Below the pieces are notes generated by a model. It did no database searches. It was not told the origin of the DNA and saw only the letters and a list, made by a program, of their open reading frames with translations. From positions 61,558 through 125,557 of the IMG/VR virus record IMGVR_UViG_3300043470_000217: a stretch of 64,000 nucleotides of DNA, one strand, 5' to 3'. The position numbers were made by a program, and so were the translations under genes. The stretch is from a virus. Numbering within the stretch: position 1 is the first letter of the stretch; every line of letters starts with the position of its first letter. This document shows, in pieces, positions 1-9,345 of this stretch.

Positions 1-130
1 CAAGACCTGCATTACCTACTACATTCAAAGCTGTTGGTACTTTACCTTGCTCTTGAATGAATCTGTTGTTGTTAATTACGTGTTTGATGAAATCTTTTAA
101 TTCAGCGCTGTTTAATTTTACTTGTGCCAT
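1..130 (-). CDS. MoxR-like AAA+ ATPase, N-terminal fragment (runs off window start)
   Basis: Manual translation MAQVKLNSAELKDFIKHVINNNRFIQEQGKVPTALNVVGNAGL ends at the start of a Walker A motif; directly downstream of a VWA/metallopeptidase gene, the usual MoxR partner. Confidence 0.7.
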   Translation of the reverse strand, partial: MAQVKLNSAELKDFIKHVINNNRFIQEQGKVPTALNVVGNAGL

Positions 131-149
131 AATGTTTAGGGTTTTTAAA

Positions 150-1289
150 TTAGTTTAATTGGATTTGGGGACCGGGTAATTGCTCATTGATGCGGGCTTT
201 AGAAGAAATAACCCAAAGCATTCTACCTCTTGGTGTAATTGTTGTATAACATTCACCATCTGTTAAATAAACCAAGCATGTAAATCTTTTACTATTTTTA
301 TTATAGTAATCTATAACAGGATCAAACTCAGTACCACCCCTACCTTGGACTCTTACATCTTTCTTAGGGTCATACTTCTCAATACTGTTAATTTGCGTAT
401 CACATTGTAATACTGTAATCTCTGTTCCGGTTTTGTGTATGTGTCTGATTTCATTAAAGAACTCTACAAGTTCATCATTACTTACACTACCAGAAGTATC
501 TATTGCAACCAAGATATGTTTCTTGGGTTTAAATTTCATTCCGGGAGCATCCGGATATCTTTTGTTAAGTTTCTTTCTAGATAACTTAGTTTCTACTATA
601 TAAGAGTTACCAGCAAATCTTCTAAGATAGGCCCGCCAGTTAAACTTACTAGGAGTAACTTCAGTGATGCGCTTATAAATATGTGCAATCTCTCCAGGTA
701 ATTGACCACGTGATTTCAAACACTCTTCGGCAGCTTCTTTCAGTTGATACTCAGCTTGAGACTTAAGTAGTTTCTTTTCAGATTCACTTAAGTTATCAAA
801 CTCTTTCCATGTATCATGCATATCATCAGCATCACCCATCATATTTTGTACATCAGGATCATCTTGATTATCCAGTAACATATTATAGTAATAGTTAGTA
901 CCGGCTTTACGCTCAAGCTTTAAGTTAGGGAATGTACTTGGTAAGATAGCACCATTTGGAAGATAACTTGGAATAATGTACTGATTAAGTTCACAGTCAG
1001 CAGCAATATTAAACAACCGCTTGTCTGCAAACTCATCTCTTAAGTTAAGGTGATCAAATACAATGTGCAATAGCTCATGCCAAAGCAAGCCTTTCTTGTG
1101 ATCAGAACTGAGACTACCCCAGAATTCTGTATTGATTACAAGCTTGTAATTGATATTGTGTTTACTAACACCAGCAGTTGGAATAGATTCATTCCATTCT
1201 TTGTTTAAACCTATTAAGAACATACCATAAAAGGGATGTTCAAGCATAAGTTCTTTCCCGGCCAAGGCCAGTTCTTCGTCTTTTCTCAT
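150..1289 (-). CDS. DUF2201-type protein: HExxH metallopeptidase-like domain plus C-terminal VWA domain
   Basis: HELLH motif, NIAADCELNQ, MIDAS motif DTSGS, GRGGTEF and LTDG. Confidence 0.85.
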   Translation of the reverse strand: MRKDEELALAGKELMLEHPFYGMFLIGLNKEWNESIPTAGVSKHNINYKLVINTEFWGSLSSDHKKGLLWHELLHIVFDHLNLRDEFADKRLFNIAADCELNQYIIPSYLPNGAILPSTFPNLKLERKAGTNYYYNMLLDNQDDPDVQNMMGDADDMHDTWKEFDNLSESEKKLLKSQAEYQLKEAAEECLKSRGQLPGEIAHIYKRITEVTPSKFNWRAYLRRFAGNSYIVETKLSRKKLNKRYPDAPGMKFKPKKHILVAIDTSGSVSNDELVEFFNEIRHIHKTGTEITVLQCDTQINSIEKYDPKKDVRVQGRGGTEFDPVIDYYNKNSKRFTCLVYLTDGECYTTITPRGRMLWVISSKARINEQLPGPQIQLN

Positions 1290-1300
1290 AGTTTTTAAGT

Positions 1301-1561
1301 TTAAAGTTTTGTAATTTTATCCAGTTCTTCTAAGAACTGAAATGCTAACTCCTCTTCTTCATCTATAAATGATCCTGTGACTCTTCTCTTAGAAAAGTAT
1401 TCATTTACAATTTTGATAAAGTGTGCGTTCTTAGCTTTTGCTTCATTTACAGATTTCTTAAGTTCTGGATTTACAAGCTCTCTAATAAACTGATACTGCA
1501 CATTAAGTGCTTTGGCTAATATATAAGCCTTTCTAATTTCTTTTAGGTCTGATTCTTTCAC
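1301..1561 (-). CDS. hypothetical protein
   Basis: ORF in tightly packed minus-strand operon. Confidence 0.6.
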   Translation of the reverse strand: MKESDLKEIRKAYILAKALNVQYQFIRELVNPELKKSVNEAKAKNAHFIKIVNEYFSKRRVTGSFIDEEEELAFQFLEELDKITKL

Positions 1562-1785
1562 ATTATTTGTGCTACTGGATCACTCCAACCATTTGCATCA
1601 TTAACACCGCTAATGTATGCTTCTGCCTCTTTTTTTGTATCAAACTCCTTGATACCATAATCATAATCTAATTGCATTGAGTTGTGTTCAGTCTTGAATA
1701 ACTCTTCCCAACCATAGACATCTACAAATAAAGCAGCTGTCTGACTAAATGCATACATTACTTTTACTTTCTTTTTTACTTCCAT
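1558..1785 (-). CDS. hypothetical protein
   Basis: ORF overlaps neighbours at start and stop. Confidence 0.6.
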   Translation of the reverse strand: MEVKKKVKVMYAFSQTAALFVDVYGWEELFKTEHNSMQLDYDYGIKEFDTKKEAEAYISGVNDANGWSDPVAQIM

Positions 1786-2153
1786 TACTTTAGGATTTTA
1801 ATTTCTACTTTTGGGTTTTTGTTGTCATATTCATAAGGTACAAATACCGGGATTAACTCATCAGCATTATCATCATCTATCCAGTCAAACTTTACCATTG
1901 CATCTTGTACAGCTTGTGCTATGTTAATCATATCAAACTTGTGTCTGCTCTTTCTATAGAACTTAAACTCTATATACAATGGCTTAGGAAGACCTTTAGA
2001 TTCTTTTCTGAATGCTTTGGCTTGTTCTTTCCAATACTCATCAGTAGCAAGCTTCCACTTTCTTGTTGCAGCGCTAGCTATGCTGTATTTTCCTGTCCAA
2101 ATTCTACTGTTTTTACTAGAAGGTGTGTTACCGGGTATTGTAAATATTTTCAT
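1785..2153 (-). CDS. RusA-like Holliday junction resolvase
   Basis: PSSKN start, D-x-x-N...QDAM...IDDD acidic catalytic pattern, PKVEIKI end. Confidence 0.75.
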   Translation of the reverse strand: MKIFTIPGNTPSSKNSRIWTGKYSIASAATRKWKLATDEYWKEQAKAFRKESKGLPKPLYIEFKFYRKSRHKFDMINIAQAVQDAMVKFDWIDDDNADELIPVFVPYEYDNKNPKVEIKILK

Positions 2154-3118
2154 AACTGGATATCTAATATTGATTTTACTTCAGGATAACTATGATCCAT
2201 TACTGAATCAGATATATCTTTTGATAACTGCAAATATAAAGGTTCTAGATATGAAAATTGATTAATGTACTTCAATGTAGCTCTATTACCGGCCTCATCA
2301 TTGTCAAAAAGAATATAGCACTTCTCATAGTTTTTACTTACATCATCCAAGTACTCTTTCTTGATCATAGTATTCTCAGAGTCTGGTGCCAGAAAATCTA
2401 TTTCCGGATACATCTTCTTTAAACACATACCATCTTTAAGAGAGGATACAATAACAAGCTTAGAACTATTAGATAACTGTTCACTACCCTGTACATAATC
2501 TTTTACTTTTAAGAATTTCTTCTTCTGAACTTTAGGCTGATAGATTTTAACTAGTGTACCATCTTTCTTGAAGTAACCGTATATATTAGAGCCCTCAATA
2601 TTTAAGACTTTATATATACCATCCTCTTCTTTAAACATAGTATAAGTACTAAGAGGCTTTACGTTATAGTGTTCTAGCAATCTAGATCCTATACCATACT
2701 TACTCCAATAACTTTTATCTAGTGTATTCCATTGTCTAAGTTCATATCTATCAATCTTGTATTTATTATACTGTTTAAATACTTGTATATCATATCCCCC
2801 GTTATTGTGCAATACAAACTCATTGTAATCTCTTACAATCTTATGCATTGTATTTAACCGGGTATCTATACCAAGCATCTTCTGTACTAAATCAACACAA
2901 TCACCGCCATTATCTGTGGAGAAATCTTTGTACTGATATCTATCCTTCTCTGGTTTAAAGTAGATACACATACTGGGAGTTCTTTCACTAGGGTTAAAGA
3001 CAGATTTAATCTTAATATCTTGACCAGTTAACTTCTGATCTAATCTACAATAATGTTCAAATACCCATGCTATAGGCACTGACTTTATATCCGGAATTAG
3101 GATCTTCGTACTAATCAT
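2150..3118 (-). CDS. DNA primase (TOPRIM), crAss-like
   Basis: ERTPSM..YKDFS...GGD N-terminal domain; SSLKD and FDNDEAG..KDISD TOPRIM motifs. Confidence 0.8.
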   Translation of the reverse strand: MISTKILIPDIKSVPIAWVFEHYCRLDQKLTGQDIKIKSVFNPSERTPSMCIYFKPEKDRYQYKDFSTDNGGDCVDLVQKMLGIDTRLNTMHKIVRDYNEFVLHNNGGYDIQVFKQYNKYKIDRYELRQWNTLDKSYWSKYGIGSRLLEHYNVKPLSTYTMFKEEDGIYKVLNIEGSNIYGYFKKDGTLVKIYQPKVQKKKFLKVKDYVQGSEQLSNSSKLVIVSSLKDGMCLKKMYPEIDFLAPDSENTMIKKEYLDDVSKNYEKCYILFDNDEAGNRATLKYINQFSYLEPLYLQLSKDISDSVMDHSYPEVKSILDIQL

Positions 3119-3130
3119 AACTGCAATAAT

Positions 3131-3160
3131 AAAAAAGGGGGACCATATAATCCCCCTTTT
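3131..3160. terminator. intrinsic terminator hairpin
   Basis: AAAAAAGGGGGA-ccatataa-TCCCCCTTTT. Confidence 0.7.
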
Positions 3161-3179
3161 ATATAATAAACTTTAAAAC

Positions 3180-3860
3180 TTAAAAGTCAAATCCTGTAGA
3201 TGTATCAGTATCACTCTTAAATGGATTAGTATCACCAAATGATTCTACTACTTCCACTTTAGCTTTCTTGATATGCAATTCAGGATTGTAAGCAATTAAC
3301 TTACTTGGGCTTGCAGCTGCTGATTCCATAGCATATGCGTCTTTGCTAGACTTTGGCAAGAACAAATCATAGTTGATATAACCATTCTTCTCATACTCTT
3401 TACCATTAACACACATCTTAAAGAGACTGCCATCAGAGATAACATTGTTAGCTCCTTTTACAAAATCTTCAATTGTTGCAAATTTACCATCAGCTTCTTC
3501 AAACCATTCAAGTTTATTGCTTGCAATACACAATTGCTGAATAGCACGGAGAATACTCAAGTCACGGCTAATCTTGATACCGGTCTTAGTTTCACCATCA
3601 GAGAAAGGATAAAAGCCAAACTTAACTTTACCAATCTGACCTTTGTAACGGGGACCAGATGGCTTGTCTTTATCTACTAAGAATCCTTCAAATTCAGAAC
3701 CCATATCAGGTCCTTCTACATTCAAAATCAGGTGGTAAGCACCTGCTTTGTAACTTACACTCTCTAATGCAATAGAGTTAATTTTCACGGTGTGTTCACC
3801 GGGGCTCAGGGTTTTCTTTGGCGAGCTACTTGTAGCTTGCACGTCTTTAGTGCTAATCAT
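3180..3860 (-). CDS. putative single-stranded DNA-binding protein
   Basis: PGEHTVKI beta-rich start, acidic C-terminal tail ending FDF, position next to a Sak4-like ATPase. Confidence 0.55.
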   Translation of the reverse strand: MISTKDVQATSSSPKKTLSPGEHTVKINSIALESVSYKAGAYHLILNVEGPDMGSEFEGFLVDKDKPSGPRYKGQIGKVKFGFYPFSDGETKTGIKISRDLSILRAIQQLCIASNKLEWFEEADGKFATIEDFVKGANNVISDGSLFKMCVNGKEYEKNGYINYDLFLPKSSKDAYAMESAAASPSKLIAYNPELHIKKAKVEVVESFGDTNPFKSDTDTSTGFDF

Positions 3861-3865
3861 GGTTA

Positions 3866-4549
3866 TTAATTTTCGTAGTTAATTATTGCTTGTTTTACAA
3901 ATTCTAAATCATTGGGAACTTCAAAAGACTCAAACATTCCGGCTGGAGACTTACATGTATTCTCACCATTGTTCTGGGTCTCAAATACATAGCGCATACC
4001 ATTATCTTTATCTTTCTTTACTTTACCAAATAAAACTATAGAGAATAGTCCCTCCAAAGTTAAACTGTTATCTACTAATTTACCAATAGTCTTGGCCTTA
4101 AATTTTCTTCTGCCTTCTAAGTCTTGAGACTCTTCTGCATGGGTTAAGAAAAATACATATAAGTCATCACGTAGTGTAGTTGGAAGCTTTGCAATTGTTG
4201 CAATGCTCTTAGCAATACTAGTGAACTTATCAAAACCTTTCTCTTCTGCTCTATCAAAATACTCAAATGCTGACATGTACTGAAAATCATCTATGATGAT
4301 ATTCTTAATCTCAGGTCTCTTCTCACTTACATACTTAAGACAGGCTTCAATTTCTTTAGCACCGGCTCTAGTGTACATGTTACCAGACTGATCTTCTCTA
4401 CTCCAAATCTTGTACTTAGTCTTCCATCCTTTAAATGGAAGTGGTTTGTTTGCTACATTAATAATAAATGTTTCTTTTGGGTCCAGGTTAGCAATACTTG
4501 TGCTTTTACCTGCACCGCTCTCTGCGATAATAAGGATACTTTGGCTCAT
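3866..4549 (-). CDS. Sak4-like AAA ATPase / recombinase (AAA_24)
   Basis: Walker A AESGAGKST, Walker B IIIDD, KTIGKLVD...EGLF...CKSP. Confidence 0.8.
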   Translation of the reverse strand: MSQSILIIAESGAGKSTSIANLDPKETFIINVANKPLPFKGWKTKYKIWSREDQSGNMYTRAGAKEIEACLKYVSEKRPEIKNIIIDDFQYMSAFEYFDRAEEKGFDKFTSIAKSIATIAKLPTTLRDDLYVFFLTHAEESQDLEGRRKFKAKTIGKLVDNSLTLEGLFSIVLFGKVKKDKDNGMRYVFETQNNGENTCKSPAGMFESFEVPNDLEFVKQAIINYEN

Positions 4550-4550
4550 A

Positions 4551-5105
4551 TTATTTTGATTTTATAATTTCATTTAACCACTGCTTGTTACTAACAGGCT
4601 TCTTAAGCATGATAGCAGCAAGATCTCTAATTGTAAGCATATTAAAGGGCTCATCTGTTGGACCTAAGTCTAGAGTTGGCAATTTAATTTCTTTCTGAGT
4701 TTGTGCAACAGGCTGCTGCACAACTCTAAGTTCTGATACAGGAATCATGTATCTCTCTTGAATACTTTCTGTAGCTTCAATTACATCATACTCTGTTCTC
4801 CAGTGTGGATTAAATACCCACTTGTACAATGTTCTCTTCTGATCTTCAGGAATGTACTCACTGCTAACAAATTCAGTGTAAATGTTCTTAGGTACATCAT
4901 AATACTCTGCTCTCTCTATCTCAGAGGCAAAGAATGTAATGTGCTTCTCATCTTTCATAGCCGGTTTATAGGCCATTTTTGGAATAAACAAAGGTTCAGA
5001 TACACTTTCATGCATGAATTTTTCCATTTGGAACTCATACAAGTCTTGTATCCTTTTCTTTCTTTCTTCCGTTGTAAGTTTCTGTGTTGATTTTGTGCTT
5101 ATCAT
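4551..5105 (-). CDS. hypothetical replication-module protein
   Basis: Between DnaB and Sak4-like genes; MISTK start. Confidence 0.65.
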   Translation of the reverse strand: MISTKSTQKLTTEERKKRIQDLYEFQMEKFMHESVSEPLFIPKMAYKPAMKDEKHITFFASEIERAEYYDVPKNIYTEFVSSEYIPEDQKRTLYKWVFNPHWRTEYDVIEATESIQERYMIPVSELRVVQQPVAQTQKEIKLPTLDLGPTDEPFNMLTIRDLAAIMLKKPVSNKQWLNEIIKSK

Positions 5106-6064
5106 ACGGTTTTTATTCTTCTTTCTTGTGTTGCGGGTGTCTCCATTTCTGTGACACTCATTTTCTCAAACTGGGCCTTAAAGAAAGACATCCGGTTATC
5201 ACCATTTCTTGCTTTAAGAAAGTGCATAACAAGAGTCTTATCATCTTCAATGATATATCTATCAGGTCCGTAATACTTAATCTTTTGTTTAGCGGGTCTA
5301 TTAAGACCTACCACTAAGTCTGCGTGCTGTAGTAGAGCATCACCACCAAAGATATCAGAGTCAAGTATGTAGTTACCATACTTACCATCTTCATTTCTCT
5401 CAGGAGATTCTACACTTCTGTTTAACTGACTTAGTACTATCATTGTAATTGGGTATACACGTTTTATCTCAGTAAGCATCTCACCAAATTCATATAACAT
5501 CTCGTATTTGTCTTTATGATATGGGGCTTTCTTTAATAGAATACTGTGGTCCAGTGTAACAATAGTCTTAGTCTGATACTCATTAATGTACTTGTCTACT
5601 ATATTGCGCATCTCATTTACAGTGCAAGGCTGCTCAACAGTGTCAATTGGGTAATGTACTTTCTGTTTAGCTAACTCATAGCATTGTAATAGTTCTTCAT
5701 TGCTTAATTTATTTCCTTCAGCACTACATAGATACTTATATGTTTTACCTAAGCTTGCGCTAAAATCCCTTAAGCAAGAAGTTTGCATAATCATCTCAAA
5801 GCTGAACTCTAATACTCTAAATTGAGTATCAGGATTAAGAGCAAAGGCTTCCCTGATAATCTGATCTTTAATCAAAGTTTTACCTGCACCTGGTCTTCCA
5901 CCAATAACATTAAGTGTGTTCCACTCAATACCATTAGTAGTAGCGTCATTAAACTTTGCCCACGGGGTCTGAATGGATTTAATAACTCCATCAGATCTAC
6001 CCTTCATGTACTCTAAAGCTTTCTTAAAGCCATCTTTTCTAGGAATCCATAACTCTTTTGTCAT
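5102..6064 (-). CDS. dnaB: DnaB-like replicative helicase
   Basis: GGRPGAGKT Walker A, FSFEM, LDH, LSQLNR, ADLV, KARNG arginine finger. Confidence 0.9.
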   Translation of the reverse strand: MTKELWIPRKDGFKKALEYMKGRSDGVIKSIQTPWAKFNDATTNGIEWNTLNVIGGRPGAGKTLIKDQIIREAFALNPDTQFRVLEFSFEMIMQTSCLRDFSASLGKTYKYLCSAEGNKLSNEELLQCYELAKQKVHYPIDTVEQPCTVNEMRNIVDKYINEYQTKTIVTLDHSILLKKAPYHKDKYEMLYEFGEMLTEIKRVYPITMIVLSQLNRSVESPERNEDGKYGNYILDSDIFGGDALLQHADLVVGLNRPAKQKIKYYGPDRYIIEDDKTLVMHFLKARNGDNRMSFFKAQFEKMSVTEMETPATQERRIKTV

Positions 6065-6654
6065 ACTACTCTTTCTTTAAAATGATTATCATCATCCATA
6101 TCTACACCATCTACAATCATTGAGCAGTAGTTTGCTAACTCAGACATTTTAGATTTGTCCGGCTGTGTTTTGCTAATAAAGTATTGTGATGTCTGCATAT
6201 ATAGATAATTCTTTTTCTCATACTCATCTACATAGTGAGCAGTTGCTTTAAGAATGATATCCCAGGGATAATCAAATGTCTTGAAGAACCATCTAAAGTT
6301 ACTCTCTATGTTTTTCTTGTCTGACCTAGCAAGTTTCCCGCTAGGTAATTTGCGTTTTGGGAATAGATTCAGATACTTAACAATATTCTCCTTAAAGTCA
6401 TCACCAACCACTTGTTTAGTTACCTCTTCCTTCTTGACTACAAAGAACTCATCTATTTTTTCTAGTAGTTCAATACCTTTAGGAAGTATTACATTCTGGT
6501 CAGTTACAAAGCCCTTAAATTTAAGCTCTCTAAACTCTGCATAAGGATTAATATTAGCTGTTTGTATCTTATCTCTAAGTGAATGCAGCATGTAGTGCTG
6601 GTTCGGAGTTATCCCATTCTGTAATAATATGTTGAATATTTCTTCCATGTTCAA
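6061..6654 (-). CDS. putative replication initiator / helicase loader
   Basis: Immediately upstream of dnaB; wHTH-like N-terminus and 'LFP.....R' C-terminal domain. Confidence 0.45.
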   Translation of the reverse strand: MNMEEIFNILLQNGITPNQHYMLHSLRDKIQTANINPYAEFRELKFKGFVTDQNVILPKGIELLEKIDEFFVVKKEEVTKQVVGDDFKENIVKYLNLFPKRKLPSGKLARSDKKNIESNFRWFFKTFDYPWDIILKATAHYVDEYEKKNYLYMQTSQYFISKTQPDKSKMSELANYCSMIVDGVDMDDDNHFKERVV

Positions 6655-7075
6655 TTGCTTTTAATACGTCACGTTTAACAGATTCATACACTGTTAAAAA
6701 TCTATTGTCTTTGATATATATAAGATCAGTAGCTCTCTTAACTGAGTATATAATAGTGCTATGATCTTTATTTAAGAATCTACCAAGCTCACTGACACCA
6801 TAGTTTAGTTCCTTGCATATTTTACAAAATACTTGATGGTGTAATACCCTGTCATCTTTTCTTGATTTATCTAGTAAACGTATAGTAGTTTGTTTACCAT
6901 TTGAGTATTTATCTAGGTTTCTATCAACAATATCAGCCAGTTGAGGGATGGTTAGTCTGTATACAGCATCTAATTCTGTTAGTATAATTACTTTCACATC
7001 ATATTTGCTGCGTATGTATTTTTTAAATTCATTAATTTCTTCGTCTACTTCTTTAACTTTTGTTGTTTGTTTCAT
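6575..7075 (-). CDS. protein with DnaA domain-IV-like helix-turn-helix
   Basis: ELGRFLNKDHSTIIYSVKR resembles the DnaA C-terminal 'IG..FG.RDHTTV..A' motif. Confidence 0.7.
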   Translation of the reverse strand: MKQTTKVKEVDEEINEFKKYIRSKYDVKVIILTELDAVYRLTIPQLADIVDRNLDKYSNGKQTTIRLLDKSRKDDRVLHHQVFCKICKELNYGVSELGRFLNKDHSTIIYSVKRATDLIYIKDNRFLTVYESVKRDVLKAIEHGRNIQHIITEWDNSEPALHAAFT

Positions 7076-7104
7076 AGTTGGTTTGTATATTAATAGTAGG
7101 AGTA

Positions 7105-7112
7105 CAAATATA
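7105..7112 (-). promoter_or_regulatory. Bacteroidetes sigma70 -7 promoter element (TATATTTG) for the replication operon
   Basis: Matches TAnnTTTG about 30 nt upstream of the 7075 start. Confidence 0.65.
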
Positions 7113-7270
7113 ACTCACTAACGTTATATCCACAATAACCTATCTAGAAATCTGTATATCTTTTGAAAACTTCTATCATTCATAGTGTTAATTTAGGTGG
7201 GGATGCCTTCCTCTGTTTGCAGGTTTCTGCGGATAGGTTTTTTAAGAGGAAGGCTAACCCTTTTTAAAAA

Positions 7271-7582
7271 ATGGCTACAAGCATTATTGATAGAATCAAA
7301 ATCTGGGCTAGTCCTGTAATTGTCTCAATACTTGGGATGATGATCTGGGCTGATGTAACAGAGATGAAAAGAGATATCAAACGTCTGTTAGAGGTATCAA
7401 GTGCTCAACAAGCAAGAATTGAATCATTAGAGAAGGACCTCTCTTTGATTAAAGGTAACTACTTTAGATCTGCCAGTAATGAAACTGAAGATACTAAAGA
7501 CAGGTTACCTTTTTTTATTCCCTTTGCTAAACATGAAGAATCATGTGATTTAGAAAAGTTGGTCCAAAAAGCAAAAATTTAA
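7271..7582 (+). CDS. putative holin-like membrane protein
   Basis: Single N-terminal TM segment followed by a coiled coil; upstream of a spanin-like gene. Confidence 0.45.
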   Translation: MATSIIDRIKIWASPVIVSILGMMIWADVTEMKRDIKRLLEVSSAQQARIESLEKDLSLIKGNYFRSASNETEDTKDRLPFFIPFAKHEESCDLEKLVQKAKI

Positions 7583-7589
7583 ACCATTT

Positions 7590-8117
7590 ATGAAATACCG
7601 ATTATCACTCTTATTAGCTATTACATTACTTGCATGTAACCCTGTTAGACTTGCTTTCAAAGAAAAACATATCAGTAAAACCAAAGAAGAATTCTTCAGA
7701 AGAAAGCTTTGCGTTGTTGATACCATTATTGATACCGTTACTCATATTGATACTTTTACAGATATTGATACCATGATTGAAACAAAGATCATTCATGATG
7801 GTCTAAAGGGTGTTTACTTGGATACTACAGTTAATGATGTAAGAATCAGTATTAAGAATGGTGTAATTACTAGTTACTGCCCTGAAAAAACCAGGACTAT
7901 TGTACAAAGTAATACCATCACACAAAAACTGCGTGATAAATCTTATGAGTCTGTATTGGAAAAAGACATTGCTGATAGAGATAGCATCATAAAAGAACAA
8001 GAACTTATCATAAAAGATAAGAGCTCAGACATTAAAAAATTAAAGATTGAGCTCTATGGTCTTTTAGTTGCTATTGCCCTTTATGTTGGCTTCAGAATCA
8101 AGACTGCATTTTTCTAA
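7590..8117 (+). CDS. lipoprotein with C-terminal TM helix, putative unimolecular spanin
   Basis: Signal peptide with lipobox LLAC, beta-rich middle, coiled coil, C-terminal TM LYGLLVAIALYVGF. Confidence 0.6.
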   Translation: MKYRLSLLLAITLLACNPVRLAFKEKHISKTKEEFFRRKLCVVDTIIDTVTHIDTFTDIDTMIETKIIHDGLKGVYLDTTVNDVRISIKNGVITSYCPEKTRTIVQSNTITQKLRDKSYESVLEKDIADRDSIIKEQELIIKDKSSDIKKLKIELYGLLVAIALYVGFRIKTAFF

Positions 8118-8261
8118 TTGATATCTTTTATTGATAACATCTAAGCTGCAGCTTACACCATATTTAAATTTAAGAAACCTGGCTATAACAGCTGGGTTTT
8201 TTTCTTTGTACTTCTTATGTATATAAGTACAGATTACCATGTCAATAAAGTCTCTTACCAT
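8064..8261 (-). CDS. hypothetical protein
   Basis: ORF directly downstream of ung. Confidence 0.45.
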   Translation of the reverse strand: MVRDFIDMVICTYIHKKYKEKNPAVIARFLKFKYGVSCSLDVINKRYQLEKCSLDSEANIKGNSN

Positions 8262-8977
8262 TTGATTACAGTTTTATCTTTTTGTTTTAAGTGCTCATTA
8301 GTTTTGTTAAATACATCATTGCAATCCCACACACCTTTGTTATATGCAGCACTTGCCGGGTGAGAAGCTTTTAGTATTAGATTTTTATCAGAGATAACAT
8401 CTTCAAACTGGTGAGCTACTTTACCAAGCAATATATAAACAATATCTGATTTATTAAAATTAATTGTATCAATAACAATATTTATAAATGGCTTCCATAT
8501 AGCCTGATGTGTTCCCGGCTTATTTAGTTCAACTGTAAGTGCAGTGTTTAATAATAATACACCTTGATGCGCTAAATATTTAAGATCCGGGTTTCTATCT
8601 TCTTCAGGTTTACCTAAAGCATCAAAGATATACTGCAGTGATGGTTGTATTTTCATACTATTACCGCAACTAAATGCTAAACCATCTGCTACTGTACCAT
8701 CTGGATGACTATGATGTAACCAAGGATAAGGATCTTGACCAATAATAACAACTTTTAAATCTTTTAATTCACACTCAATAAAAGCATTTAAAGTATTTTT
8801 AACTTTTGGTACAAATCTTTTACCTTGCTCCACTTCATACACCAGTTTCTCTAGTATATCTGCAAACTCACTCTTTGTAATGAAGTGATTAAGAGCACTA
8901 TGCCAGTCTTTATTTAATAATCTATCAGTTAATTTTTTTTGTGTTTCACTAATATTTATTGTTTGTGTTGTATTCAT
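8255..8977 (-). CDS. ung: uracil-DNA glycosylase (family 1)
   Basis: GQDPY, GLAFS, GVLLLNTALTV, SHP motifs. Confidence 0.95.
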   Translation of the reverse strand: MNTTQTINISETQKKLTDRLLNKDWHSALNHFITKSEFADILEKLVYEVEQGKRFVPKVKNTLNAFIECELKDLKVVIIGQDPYPWLHHSHPDGTVADGLAFSCGNSMKIQPSLQYIFDALGKPEEDRNPDLKYLAHQGVLLLNTALTVELNKPGTHQAIWKPFINIVIDTINFNKSDIVYILLGKVAHQFEDVISDKNLILKASHPASAAYNKGVWDCNDVFNKTNEHLKQKDKTVIKW

Positions 8978-8994
8978 TTGTATATTTGTGTATT

Positions 8995-9345
8995 ATGTCA
9001 GAAAAAATTGAAGTATTACCATTATCTACAGTAGTAGATATTAAAGTAAACGGGGCCTTCTTAACCCGTGTACAAGCATTGTTGATGTACGTCTTAAAAG
9101 ATTTATCTAAAGAAGAAGTACAAGCTGCTAATGAAAGAATCAAGAATCAACAACATTCAGAGCCCTGGGAGTTTCATTATGAAACTTTAGCTATCCTTAT
9201 CAATGATATTGAGAAGTATGCTAAAGATAATAATCTTACAGAGATGAAAACTGTAGAAGAGATTGAGCAGGAAGCTAAGAACATGATTGATCTTGAAAGT
9301 GCAGAACCTACTCAGGAAGATGCACCACAGGAATCAGGTGACTAA
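8995..9345 (+). CDS. hypothetical acidic protein (likely start MSEKIE at 8995)
   Basis: Own TATATTTG promoter at 8981-8988. Confidence 0.6.
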   Translation: MSEKIEVLPLSTVVDIKVNGAFLTRVQALLMYVLKDLSKEEVQAANERIKNQQHSEPWEFHYETLAILINDIEKYAKDNNLTEMKTVEEIEQEAKNMIDLESAEPTQEDAPQESGD

